This document shows positions 12,463 to 25,500 of a stretch of DNA of 64,000 bases, piece after piece. Below the pieces are notes generated by a model, which was given only the letters and a program-made list of their open reading frames with translations, searched no databases and was not told the DNA's origin. The first letter of the stretch is position 1. Each line of letters opens with the position of its first letter. Source of the stretch: Catajapyx aquilonaris (Eukaryota); NCBI GenBank assembly GCA_000934665.2, contig KZ538251.1, positions 1-64,000 on the forward strand. The letters are read 5' to 3'. Both the position numbers and the translations under genes were made by a program.

Positions 12463-14157
12463 AGCATGCCAGTGTCCAGTAAATTGAGCCTATTCACATT
12501 CAAATGAACTGTGTTCATCCCTGCCGACAACATATATCTCTTGTTGCTTAATTACGCTTACATCCTTATCGGTGAAAATGTCGCGAACTCCCTGCGTAAA
12601 GTTGGTATTCCTGAGCCCGCCAATTTGAATCAGTCAAAAGGGTACTTCCAGTTCCTCCCCGTTTCCTCCTACTCAGGGGGCTAACATTACTATGGGGAAG
12701 ACAATAGTAGAAGAAACCATTTCGGATGTTTTTATTACACTATTGTGTCTGTGATTAGGGTTTGACTCAACACTCCAAATAGTATTTTGGGCAGCGATTG
12801 GGCTGACCACAGGTAGTGGACATCCGAAGTAATTGGTGATGCACCTCCAGATGGATCCCTCACCTTTAATTTGAGTGTTGCAGGTCCGACGGCAGCATTT
12901 CCAAGTTGGACCTGATTGGCCATTCAGCCACCCCTTTTTCATACACCCCGCGGGGTTGTTACCAAGCGAATTGAAACCCCTGCAGATGCTGGGGATCCGC
13001 TTGGAAACAATTCCGCTTCAAATTCCTGGCCTGGTCCTCCCCCTCTCCCTCTCTCCCTCTCCCCGGTCCCCTCCTCCTCACGTGCCAGAAGTTTAAGCCC
13101 GGATGAAGGGAATTTATCTGTAAGAGCCATATGGACCGGGAGTCCAATTCCTAGGCCCCGCAATCTCACCTCAGAGAGAGAGAGAAAGGAGGCAAAATGG
13201 CCAGCAAGCCAGGGGTTCATATTTCGCTTTCTGGTGCCGCTGTTCATTGTGTGGAAATGCCTCAGGACCCATAAGCAGCTGGTAGAACGGCTGTCACCCC
13301 CCAAACACCCTTACAGTCAAGGTGCTGGACTGGCTACGGTGTGTGTGCGTGTGTCGATGCGTCGCACTGCATATTTGTCAACATATTTGCACTGTTGGTC
13401 ACACTCTGATTGCCAATTAGCAGTTTTATGGCCGGCTCGCTATTCCGTGCCAATTGGATGACACGCTATTACGTTGCGAAAGTGCGACAATCATCCGAAT
13501 ATTATTTCTGGATTTGACCATATGTTTTGTACATTTTGTTTTGATATGCTATGGTCGTAGCTATAGATAGAGGAGCTGCTATTTATAAAACGCTTTTGGT
13601 CCATATTTGCCGTGGAAAATAGGTTGATTTGCTAATTTTTTTGGAGGTATGACCAAAGGGCATCTGTGCTTCAAATTGGGTCTGGTGTTTTCACGGTGAT
13701 TTTGTCAGCTGGCAAGGAAATCCCACCGCATGTCACTCCAACTGAAGCAAAATTATCATGACGGTCTAGTCCACAGCTCCACGTGCACTCGAGAGATCGG
13801 ATTAGGTAGGGGATTTGCATAGACCAAGTCCTCCCCGCCGGTGTGTAAATGCAACTTTGGGGAGGGAAGTCGAGTTTCATCTCTCTTCCAACCTTCCTCG
13901 GCGAATCTAACAAGTGGCTCTGATTTTCCCCGACGCCTCCTGCGATAATGGATGTTTCTTGTACTTCTTTCTTGGGACACGTACGGCATAAAGCTCTTTG
14001 CTTTCCAATCTTCCAAGATTACCGCACTTCTTACGGGCCGGTCCCGGCCACCTAATGATGGCAGATTCCACTTACATTCCAGTCTTATAAGGACTAGGGA
14101 GTTGCAGATAGCCGAGTGGCATACTAATGCTGACGATATTCGAGGATGGGTATTGTG

Positions 14158-14165
14158 NNNNNNNN
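14158..14165. other. Assembly gap (N run)
   Basis: Ns immediately before a poly-G tract. Confidence 0.97.
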
Positions 14166-15371
14166 GGGGGGGGGAAGCGAGTTGTTTCCAACCCTGTGAG
14201 ACGAACGGCGACATAATTTTAACTAACCTCCATTGTTGTTGGCTGTGATTAGAGATAACAACGTAACCTATGGCCCATTGCATTATCATCAGCTTCCACA
14301 ATCAATAACCCAGAATTAGGCTCAATTTGAATATACGATATCGTTTATGACAGGTCACTTTGTTCCACCGTGTTGTTCAATTATTTTCGGCGGATACATG
14401 TTTTTCGAAAGTGAATCAAAATATGGAAAACGCAAAGTGATTGTTTTCTGTGCACACATGTTGCGTCGTAAATGATAATGACATTTTAATGTAATGCTAA
14501 AGTCTTTAGCTGTGGTAGCAATTCATAAAACAAGCATTTGATCGGACTTTGGTTGAAAACTACTTCCTGCTATGTGGAAGTAATCATATGTAGGTTCTCA
14601 TATGGTTTTAAAATACACAGTAGTGTCGCAATTATATACATATTCAGTTGTGAAATGTGATCACGCGGCTTACGTAACTCAAAAATAACTTTAGTTCCCG
14701 ATAATATTATCAAGCTTTCTATGAAGCTTTTGGTCGGCTCTTTTTAGTAGAAGGAAACCGGTTAAAAAAAAAACCTACCTCTAGTTAATCTATTATCATG
14801 AAACAATTTCTCAATGCCACGTCGTATCTGCCAGCTCTCGGAATCAAGAGGGAAGGTTACGTTTAGACTTTAGAGCTATTCATATTTCTTCTCTTCCAAT
14901 CATAAACACAATACCTGACCATTTTATCAGAAGTGAGTTATGCATTCCGTTCGACACTCCTGAATCCCACATTCCTGCCAGTATTTTGAGCATAACTGGA
15001 AGTCTGCAGTATTAGCGAAAGATGATGAGATTCATTAGAGAGTCTGCATTAGCACGGTTTCATATATACAGCTCAGAGTTAAATTCAGTTTTAAGCTAAG
15101 GAAATTTATTACATTATAGGCCTACTATACGAATTCACTAGGTACGTATTACGATATAAAGTTCAAAGTACTGAATAGGAATGATCCATTGGAAAAATTG
15201 TGCGTAGAACGTCACGATAAAACCTATCTTTGCAGACAAGATTCTCCCTGCAAGCGTCAATAAATGATTGTCCACACCGCCTAATATTATCAGCTAACAA
15301 TACTTTCGATAACCACTAAAATATTCAAAATAAACTATTTTTAAAAGCCGGTTAGTACCAAAAATGGCACT

Positions 15372-15470
15372 CTTGTAAGTCCATTGTTCGATGACCGGGT
15401 CGGATGGACGACACATTTTCGATGGGTTCTCTCCATGTTCGCGTGGGTTTTGTCGGGGTTCTCCCACAGT
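15372..15470 (+). mobile_element. Decayed SINE remnant with V-domain-like core
   Basis: B-box-like GTTCGAT at about 15386, followed by GTTCTCTCCATGTTCGCGTGGGTTTTGTCGGGGTTCTCCCACAG, which resembles the V-SINE core as I recall it (GTTCTCCCCGTG...GCGTGGGTTTTCTCCGGG...CTCCCAC). Confidence 0.5.
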
Positions 15471-18400
15471 ATTGTGCATAAATATCAGGCACCCATAATA
15501 ATTTAATATTACTGATGCACCTATTCGATCTAATATTAGAGACGAATATTTTAGACACGCTCTAAAACTATCTCTGCCAGAATAAGTGCTTAAAAATCAG
15601 CAAATATTTATTGTTGTACTTGCCCGCAACACACTTGTTGCGTGTAATCCTCCATATGAAAAGCATGTTAGCGTGCACGGTAATTTCCTTACAAGGAGAG
15701 GAGATGCGATGTACCCTGACGCAGTGATGTATGGTTACACGGCCCCCGTAGTAATTGCTTGGTAAACTGTTTATTTGTGAGTAGAATTTACGCCGCAAAG
15801 TGTGTTGCGATGCGGACAATCCCACACACATACGTATGTGTGTACATGTGCACATTTCTCATTTAGAGTGAAAAAAGCCATCAAATATCATGAAATGGAT
15901 CGTCCCCAAAGTAATTGGCACGTTCATTTTTGGGTCCAGTGGACAAATGGCCAACTGCAACGTCAATAGAGACGGATTCTTTCCTTGACATTCCATTTCG
16001 CATTTTCTAATTTTTTAACGCACCATATGTAATTGATTGCAATATTTTGCACAAAATATTTTTGCAAATTACGGCTCGATTTATGAAATTTAATCCGATT
16101 GCCCACTTTAACTCAGTAAGTTCAAATAATTTAGTAGAAATTATTTTTCGCGCGCAAAAAATAATCATAGGAATTCTCTCAAACAACTGCCGACGAATCA
16201 TTTGCGGCTCCGACTGCGGTCTTTTTAAAAGTGTTCAAGAGGATAACTAATTAGAAGCGGCTCTCATTAATTACCCACATTTTGTGCCTTATTAAAAATT
16301 CACTGTACAATTTAAACAGTTACAAGTTCTTTCACACAATTCTCACAAGGGTACAGGATAGAAGTTTCTTTGCTTCCCGTCAAGCCTTTTCCTGGAAACT
16401 GACAAAACTTCAGCTCTAAAAATCCGCGTCAAATAGCTCATTTTCCCACAGTGAAATTATTCCCCAGAAGCGCTTTCACTTTTAAAAAAAACTGTTACAG
16501 TATATGAATTCCATTGAGAGCGGTGTTCAAACATCTTAGGGCAGTGTGAGCTCATGTACTATGAGGCTACCGGTGTAGACCTACAGTAAAACCAGCAATA
16601 AAGGATGGATGCTGTGGGAGAACCGACGTAATGTACCATGCCATAGCTAATGGAGTTTCAGGTACACCGAACTTGAGTGATGTGCAAGCTATCAACCTGT
16701 TTGCGCCAAAGGATAATTGCATGTATAGGAGCACCCCATGGCCAAAATTATTTTTTTCGTAAAAAATTCAAAAAAATGGGCACACTTGGCGCCTTGTCCT
16801 TGCTGATTGGATGCGCTCCTCCTCCCAAGATAAAAGGTCGCGACTTATTATGACGCCAGTCGAGCCCAGGTAGTAAATTACAATAATGAGGAGATAGTTA
16901 TCGGGGAGGGCCCGACCCCCAGCTGGCATCACAGAGGGAGGGCCTTCCTCTTCCATATAGCCACCCCAGCCTGCCCTCCACCTAGCAGGCACCATTGCGC
17001 CTGCGTTCCCATCTCATCACGTGGTCAGCTGTTGCAAGGCGAGTCAGAGAGACCCAGTACGGCAAGCGATCAATGGTGGTTTAAGTGTGGTGGCGCGAGG
17101 ACCAGGGACAAGAACAACTGGAAGAAGAGAGACCCCCAGGTTGACTAGTGGCAACAGCGTGGCTTGTTTGCAATCCCCCCCTGGTGGCAGGCCAGGTGTG
17201 TCATGGTCTGTTTGGATTTCTGACCAGGAGGTGGCCTGCTGTCTTTCCCACCCACCCCAGAGATGGATTACCTGTATGTCACGTGACAAAACGGTGATGT
17301 GTGAGTGCCAGTGTGAGTGATTTGGCGACAGCACACTTCAGGGGCTGATGGCGTGTAAAGGAAGAAGAATGGTGAGAGGAAGCTGCTGCTGCGGGATGGT
17401 GCTGTGGTGGGGACTTTCGGTGGTGCTCATGTCGCTCCTGCCGGTTAGAGGTAGGTACCAACACCGGAAACAGATGCCCCATTGCCATTTTTCATGCTCT
17501 GGTTGCGATCGCATGCGATAGCGTACCATCTGGAGGTGACCGGTCACCTACCTGGTGGTAGGACGGAAATGGTGGGGTTTCCGGGGAATATGAGCATGAC
17601 TTGGGCGAATTTTCTTCTTAGGCGGTAGGATCGGGATTCAAACAGGTGGCTTAAGCTCCCGCCCTGCTCGCTAAATGACTGACTTATGCCGGGTTTCACA
17701 TGGCGCGACCACGTTCATTCAGCTTGGGAACGGCATAAAATAGTGTGACCTAGTGCTTCACTTTCTAGAGAGGTGATAGATTTACTTATGCGCAACTAGG
17801 TGAGCGCAGAATACCACGCAACCAATCAAACAGCCAGGTTTTTGCAAATACAAAAATATTCGCACTACTCCCCGCTTTTTTCCGTCCAACCCGTGACAAT
17901 GTGCAATTCAAATGAAATCAACCCGCACTGACACCTCCAGGTACGTTTGAATTGACAAAATTTGGGTGCCATTGTGCAATCACAACCGGCATCAGTGTCA
18001 AGCGGATAGCGATGGGAAAAATCAAATTATTGGACTAAACAACTGATGTATTTTGGGTACCGGTGTTGACATTACATATGATTACAATGCCCGGAGCATG
18101 CCGGAAAATCAACATTTGAGAGGAAGGTTCTTGCGATCGTAAAATGGAGAATTTGGGCTCCAGAGTCGAGATTAGTAGCGATTCCAACTTGCACACGTCT
18201 CCTTTCCCCTCCTTTGGGCAAATTTTCACGAGGAACAAGATAAAAGTTACACTCAGATCACAAAATTGAAACTGTTCCTGCTGCCGGGGAAATAATTGAT
18301 TTCGAGCCATTTAAGAGGATTCTGGCGCGGAGTCAGCCCTTTCCCTAACAATCGACGCTTCAAAATGGTAGCTTGGAGCCACTTTTGCAAGTAGCCAAAG

Positions 18401-19439
18401 TAACTCAAACCGCAAAAACATTAGCGTATGTTAGCTGGAAAATTGCCAAGAACACGGCTGCGGACCGCACGACTCTAAAATGCGGCCCAGCGCAAAAAAG
18501 CCCCTCCCTTGCTTTATAGACCTGCACGTAACGCTGTATCGCACACGTTACTAAAATTAATGCACTCTCTCACTACCAGAGCCCTAAAGGACTCTGGGTG
18601 TTGCCAATAAACTGCCAAAAAACTGATCGATTTGGGCAGGAAAAAAATATTTTTTAAGAAATTCGTTGGTTATTGGATGAGAATCCGGAGCCCTCGATGT
18701 TTCACAATTCCCACGACTCATGTTTTTTCTTCGATGCAATTCCCGACCTATCAGGATCAGAGTCCATTCCCTTTTTTTGCCTGACGCTGATTTCTTCCTG
18801 GGACGTGATTCGAGCAGCCTGGTATTGTTCCCCATTATCCTTCTCTTCCTTTGACCACTTTGTTTCAATTTAGTTGCGACTCCTCCTCTGTGACGCTTTT
18901 CCACTGGAGCAAAAGCCTGGTTGTAATCCGCTTTCTCAGCGGATGGACCCAAAATTTCGAACTCTTAAGCCCTTACCGAAAAGAGTCTCGCGGTGCAATT
19001 TGCCTCGTAGGCTATCATCATTAGAACCAGGGGGGTACAGGTGTACCAAAAACTCATTACCCTAGAAAGCTAGGTAAAAGAAGAAAAAAAAAAACACACA
19101 CACAACAAAGCTAGAGTTGGCAAAAGTCCGACGGACATCAAACATTCTCTCCCAGCAGGGAAGACTTTCCTCTTCCCATTTGAGCTGGTCCCGAAAGTGA
19201 GACGTATTCCCCCACGGAGGAGGGCTTCCCTCGCCAATGCATTTAAATCGTCCACCTATTCAAAATCCGAATACCTCTCGTTGACACACGCAAACAAATT
19301 TCCGGGACTGTACAGCCGCACTGTGACCATTTAATTCCATTGCCTAAAGGAAGGAGGTCGCTAGGGATGCATGCAAGAGCGGGAACTTCAAAAAAAAAAA
19401 AGTTTCTTCATGGATATGGTGGCATTCTTTCTAGGCAGA

Positions 19440-19479
19440 TAAAATAAAATAAAATAAAATAAAATAAAATAAAATAAAA
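19440..19479. repeat. (TAAAA)8 pentanucleotide microsatellite
   Basis: Directly visible. Confidence 0.96.
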
Positions 19480-22294
19480 ATTGATATTAAATGTTGTACT
19501 GGAGTGGATGGGTTCATTCTTTGAGGGTGGTCGAGCATATCGCTTGGTAATATCAAAATTAGCCGTGTCTGACACCGCGCTTTAATCACCCCGAAAACTT
19601 ACAGGGCGTCTTACAAGCAAACACGGTAGACCAGGACAAAGTGCCGGATGGCCCAAATTACAAGGAAGACCGAGGGCGAGCACGTGGGGAGCTATAATAA
19701 AACGTAATTTGGAAACAGGGGGGGGGAGAAAAGGGAGCCCCCCTTGATTTTAATCTGGCGGTAAACTTGGCCCCCCCCAAACAACACAGGACGTACTTTC
19801 AGGAATTATGCCACGGGGGGGTTCTCCAGGAAGAAGGGGGCTGGTAAACCGGATGACCCAACAACCCGAGTGGGTGAGGTGAGGGGGGGGATCGATGTCA
19901 TTTTCCGAGGGGTGCAACCGCTTTTAGTTAGGTTTCAACGTGTTACAGTCCGGTTGCATTACTGTTTCAAAGTGAGCCCAACTAACGGAATTATGAGGCA
20001 GTTGCTGTTTCAAACTGGGAGCGACTCGGCTAGCCACCATTCTAAATGTTTATACAGAGCAGCTAGTAGGCCTATTAAATAATTATTTATTCATAGTCGT
20101 TTTCAGGTTGCTGAATTTTGTTGGTTGACCGGCATTAGTTGCACTTTGGAATCTGGTATGAAAAAAAATTCGCACTCGCCCCATGTGAATAAATTATTGT
20201 AATGTTTGTATAGAGCAGGGCCGGTTGAGCCATCAGATGACTATCGGACCATGTACATGCAAGTCTGGCATTGACCCACTGCACCATGGGAAGTCATCCC
20301 AAACAAATGACCTCGCATTCATCACCATCTTTCATCTGCATGGTTCACCACTTCTTTCAGTTGAGGAACAGCAAAAAATATTGTAGATTATCTTTCTTAA
20401 CACGAAGTGTTTTCAAAGTGGCTATAATTCCTTTCGAGGCACACTACGAGACTGCTCAATCAGCGACTTTCTGACCTCCTTATAGAAACCTCCTGCAGCA
20501 CGTGAGCCATTTTATGAGTTTAATTTTACGTACCCAGTTGCGCCTCCGTTTCCTCCCCGGTGTCCCGATAAGAGATATGAATGCGCTTTCGTGACCGAGG
20601 TCGCCCCTTTTGCTGATGCCCTTGAAAGGGACAAAAATCTCTACCAAAGTCATCAAACCATACACAAGAGTCAAACAAATTATCGGCGTATCTGCCTGGA
20701 ATATTGTCATATCTCAAACTGGCAAGGTGGTATTTCTCAGCAGTCAGCACAAGAGTACAGTAACGGACGGTACATTATGGGACAATTATTGGTTGGTCTA
20801 TTTTGAGTCCGGAGTAAAATCCAACCCTTCCCCGATTGTTTTTGCCAGGCCACAAATTGAAATGGAACTGCATAGTAACACTGGGGCATTCATTTTCATT
20901 GAGGTTGTCTTCCAAATGCGCTCGGGACTATTAATTTTATTTAAGTACGATTTCCCAGCTTCCGTTTTCACGTCTCTGAATACCAAGTGAGGCTGCAGTC
21001 AGGAGGAAAAGGGGTGAACCAAAAAAATGACAATTTTTTTTTGACGCTGTTTGTTACATCATTGTGTGTCCAGTGGCAGCTGCGACCTCAACCTACAGGC
21101 CGTAGTCCGACATAAAAAACAGCGAACAAATATTTGTTTCGCAAACTCTAGTCCACACGACGCAAGATATGCCTTTAAGGGCAGCGTAAAAAAGGACGTT
21201 GTCATCTGGTTTTTCCAGTGTAAACGTTTTTTCGGCGTAGACAGCGATTTTTTTTCTTTCTTCTTCTTTTTCCAGCGGTACCAAGCGAGGTGGGTTAACA
21301 AAAAGTGTCGCGCACAGTAGGAAATCTTGCACGAAAACCCTCCCAAGTCGCCTAGGGGATTCATTCATAAATCCCATAAAGATGTCAGCCAACGTGCCGA
21401 GACTTCTAGAAAGAAGCACGTTGTGATCTTGCTTTCCCTGACGTTGTACACATCCCCAAATTTATGACGACCCATGCATATACACCCCCGCCCAGAAAAA
21501 TGTATGGCAAAAGTTCTCTCGCAAGCTGTGTCACCCCCCCCCNCCCCCCCCCCCCTTTCCCTGTTTGTTAAACATGAATTTGGGTATTAACAATGCGAAT
21601 GGTTCCAGGCCGGCAATAAAAAGCCGCGCATTTAATGCTTGATGAGGAAATAGTGCCCTTCTGCAAACTAACCCCTTCAGTGAGTACGGGGCCGAAATTT
21701 ATTCCACCGCTAATCCATAACTCGTTACACGCTTCCAAGCGTCCGGGCTACTGTCGCACACCTATCGTTTACTTTTCATGTAACAAAGAAAATGGTAGAC
21801 TCCCCGCACTCATTATACCAGCCCTCTGGCAACGTGCTGGAGCCACATTTTCGCTATTGCCTGGTCATAATTGCATTTTGTTATTAAGTGCCAACAGTCA
21901 CGCTCTTTTACATAAGCAACCATGGCGCTGGCCCTAATCTAAATTTGCCGCGGGGGGTCACCTTTATGGGTCCTCAGGAGCGCAAAAATTGTTTGCACGG
22001 CTCAAGCATGCGGTGACAATGACTTTTCATGTCGAGGCATTTTGTCTTCTGCATTATTTAGGAAGGCTCTTTCGCGTTAGGTCTAGGTTTCGGGGTTTAA
22101 AATAGGATTTTGGAACTGGGTTGAAACTAGGAATCGGTTGGTGATGACCCAGTAGGGTGTGTGGTTACCGAGCATGCACTTGATTGATTACTGCTATGTA
22201 ATGTAACGCAAGATGTCTCTTACTTTATTCATGAAGCTATAGTCCAACAGTAGGCTGGCAGATGCCGCTGTTCCGACCACGCGGGATTTGGGGA

Positions 22295-22549
22295 GGTGTG
22301 GTGGCCGAGATGGTAACATCTCGGCTTGCTGAGTGAAACGTCCCAGGTTCGATCCCCACCTGAGTCAGGAGGGTATCTGACCAGCTACCAGCACCTTGGA
22401 GGTGTCTGGCAACCCAACCTCCTGGGGGACTGCACATGACCCGCTTACCGACATTGCACCTGCACCCGTGTCCCCTCCCCAAAAATTTCTCATCCCTACC
22501 ACCATGTCATTTCGTCCTTGCACCAGTGGAGAAGAAAAATAAGAAAATA
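22295..22549 (+). mobile_element. tRNA-derived SINE with Pol III A and B boxes and A-rich tail
   Basis: A box TGGCCGAGATGG (22302-22313) and B box GGTTCGATCCC (22346-22356) at tRNA-like spacing; no acceptor-stem pairing; about 170-bp body ending in GAAGAAAAATAAGAAAATA. Confidence 0.75.
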
Positions 22550-25500
22550 GTATTTATGGTGGTTCACCACCCCCCCTAATGTAGATCTCCGTTATCTGCA
22601 ATGGGGTAACTTTAAAAAAAAACACCTAGCGGGATTTTGGTGAACTTGTTGCAATTTGGGTTTCCCAAGCCTGTGTATTCTCAGCCAACCCAAACCAGCT
22701 ATTTTAAAAAATAAAAAAAGTTCGTGATTGCATGTCCACTAGTATGGGGCAAGAAGTGGACCCGACTTTTTCGCCTGCCCGATCCCATGGAAGTCGGCGT
22801 TTTATGGACCCCCTACTACTCCTACCCCACACTAAATGCGCATAGCAGGACCGCCGATGTGTTACATGTTAAGCGCCTCTAAAGCATCCAGTTTACTGCA
22901 CGCTTATCTCGCCCTACTCAACAATAAAAACGAATTAACGTTTCGAATTAAGTCCGAAAAGAAGTCCGCCGGGGAAAATGTAGCTCTATTTCATGCGTAG
23001 GTTCCATGCCTAAAAGGCGACAGCTTGGAAATTGGATACCGGGGTTGCGACCTCCTCGAGGATAAAGGTCAGCGACTCGTGTTATTCAGGCCCTACAAAA
23101 CAGAAGAAAATAATGTTTCCTCCGAATCTGCTCCTTGGCATTTTCCCTCTGCCATGTCCCGCCGTTGCTCCTGACGTAGACATTTGCATAATTTCGCACC
23201 AAAGAGTGACGGCAGTCTCGCCACACAGTTTTCATCTCCGGAAAACAAACGTGACATGTGCTGGCCACATTGTGCATTTGCAATCTCTAGGGAATGAGGG
23301 AAATACAACAACAGGCCCTGTAAACTGAAAGAACAATCTTATGGCGGGCATGGGATGCTGGGCGTATGGGGCTCAAGTTATTGCCAGACTTGGCCAGATA
23401 AATTTTTACAGCTTATAAGTATGCCAAACATGCCGTCAGGGATTCTGTGTTATACGATCGTAGTTAATCTTTGCAACTCCAGACTGCTAGACGAATCTCC
23501 CCAGGGTGGTGCACAGTCATGAAGGATGAGACCGAGGAAATGTATCGCATTGTACTGGAAAACTAAGCAGTGAGGGCTGGCAATGAAACAAAAGTAATTT
23601 ACACCAGTGCAGTGCTTGATGTAACAAATAGGCTCATTGATAGTTACTGATCAAATCAGTATGGAGTAATTGCTAAATTTCTTTGAAATTTGTGACATTT
23701 TGGAGACCATCAATTTTTAGTTTCCAAATTTATGGAATTTATTCAGAAAGGGTTGACTTGGTCAACTCGTGCTTGTTCTGATCCAAGGACAATTCTCAGA
23801 TTAGTTGAGCGGCAGTTGTAGTCTACAGTACATGGGGTATGAGCATTACCCAAGGTTTTGTGTATCTTTCCCTTGAGAATGGGTTTCAGAACAGTTGTCG
23901 TGTTGTACTTTATCGATACTCTCTGCGGGCTCTGTACTTGTTTGACCCAAGTCCACATTGCACAAAATTCGCTGATATTGACATTGTTGCCCCGAATCTC
24001 GTCATTTTCCAACACACTGCCCTTGACTGCGAGTTTTACAGTGATTTTCTTACCCCAACCTGCATGGTGTCAGTATTGTGTACATAGCCTCTGCGATATC
24101 TATAGCTATTCAAGGGTGATATCCTGGATCACTGTCAAACCACAGGTATTGTCAGATCAGGAAGATGAAAAAACCTATAATTTAGTGGCCTATGTACAGT
24201 CTACCATATTATTTACAAAGAAATGACCTCAAAAGTGTAACACGATCCTTTCCAAGCATGATTTTCGTTGGGAAGAAAAAGCACATCATTTCTAAAAACA
24301 TATTAGATGGCCCACACTATACTCGTACTGTATATTGCCAACCCATCACATTTGATATATTATTTGTTCTGCGAAATCGGAGTGGAATTTGATTTGATTT
24401 AGTAAGTATCCCTATACTTTTGACATGCCTTTTATTGTACAGTAGCCATGTATACTGTGCAGTGTTCTATCTAGAGAAATGAACGGTGGTACAGACGCGC
24501 CCAAAAACTAACTCAAACGCTTGTCATATCCCATAAAACGGGAGGCTTATCACCTAATGGGGCTCCATGTCTCCTATATTTTTCAACTGCAATGGACGGC
24601 TCATATCAGTGTATTGGAAGTTGGCAGGTCGGGGGAAGGGAGGCGGGGCCGGGTGGGCAGGAGGAGGGAAAATTAGACCTAATGGACAATTCCGGCCAGT
24701 CTTGATTGAAAACAGCACAATGAGTTATCTTGACAGCGGGCATTTCACTTGTCAATCAACTCCCTGGCTAAAACTATCGGTACGTCTAGGCCTGATCGAT
24801 GTGGCAGGAAGTAGAGAAAAAGCTGTACGAGGTACCCCCAGTTCAATATCCCAATACACTGCACCGGATAACAATAGCCGACCGGTTATTTGCAGTGAAG
24901 GTCCCTCGACTTCTTTCCGGACCAAGTTTTTTTTTTTTTGTCATTCCCTTACTAGTGGCCTACATTTTGTATGAATACCCATGAAATCGTTTGCAGAAAA
25001 TAATCTGTGCCATCCTTCGTAGATGGCAGGACACTGACAATCCTCTCCAAAAAAAATCCTTAAAAAACCTGTAACAAGAGAGTACCGGAAAAGCTGTCTT
25101 CCCTTCCATCCACCACGTCCCCCCTTCTTTTATCCAGGTGAAAAATGGCCACTCCTGGCGCCTTCTCTTGTCCTGCCGACGTGCCTTCTCTTGCACTTGA
25201 TCAACGTCGACGTCAACCACGCCCCATTCCTCTCTGGTGTATGGTGGAGGTTAAAGGTGCCCTCGGAGCGTGGAAGAGGCCAGGGGATTTGCGTGTCCCG
25301 TACAATTTGCTGACGTGACGACGAAAAATTGGGAGGCCGCCATTTTTTTAGGGCCTTAGGACTATTTTTGCTAGTTTGAGGACTGCTTTTCCTCAACCGT
25401 GTCTTTCCCTGGGTTCCACTAGACCCCCAAATTCTCTCATTGTTCGCTCCGAGCCTTTTCGATTCGAGTTGCTCTCCAGGCCGTGAAGAGAGGAGCTTTA

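Noticed and set aside
12916..13461. Longest gap-free ORF (181 aa, +) and overlapping minus-strand ORFs
   Set aside because: Starts at TTG, crosses a CT-rich low-complexity tract that suppresses stops, and shows no recognisable domain
17686..17992. Possible PIF/Harbinger-like ends (ATGCCGGGTTTCACA ... TGTGCAATCACAACCGGCAT)
   Set aside because: Needs several indels to pair; TSD not convincing
22295..22370. Possible tRNA gene
   Set aside because: A and B boxes present, but no acceptor or anticodon stem pairing and no oligo-T terminator; better explained as a SINE head
23743..24070. Minus-strand open frame with faint Ig-like or Cys-rich appearance
   Set aside because: Key conserved residues absent and no convincing splice sites; would need BLASTX to revive
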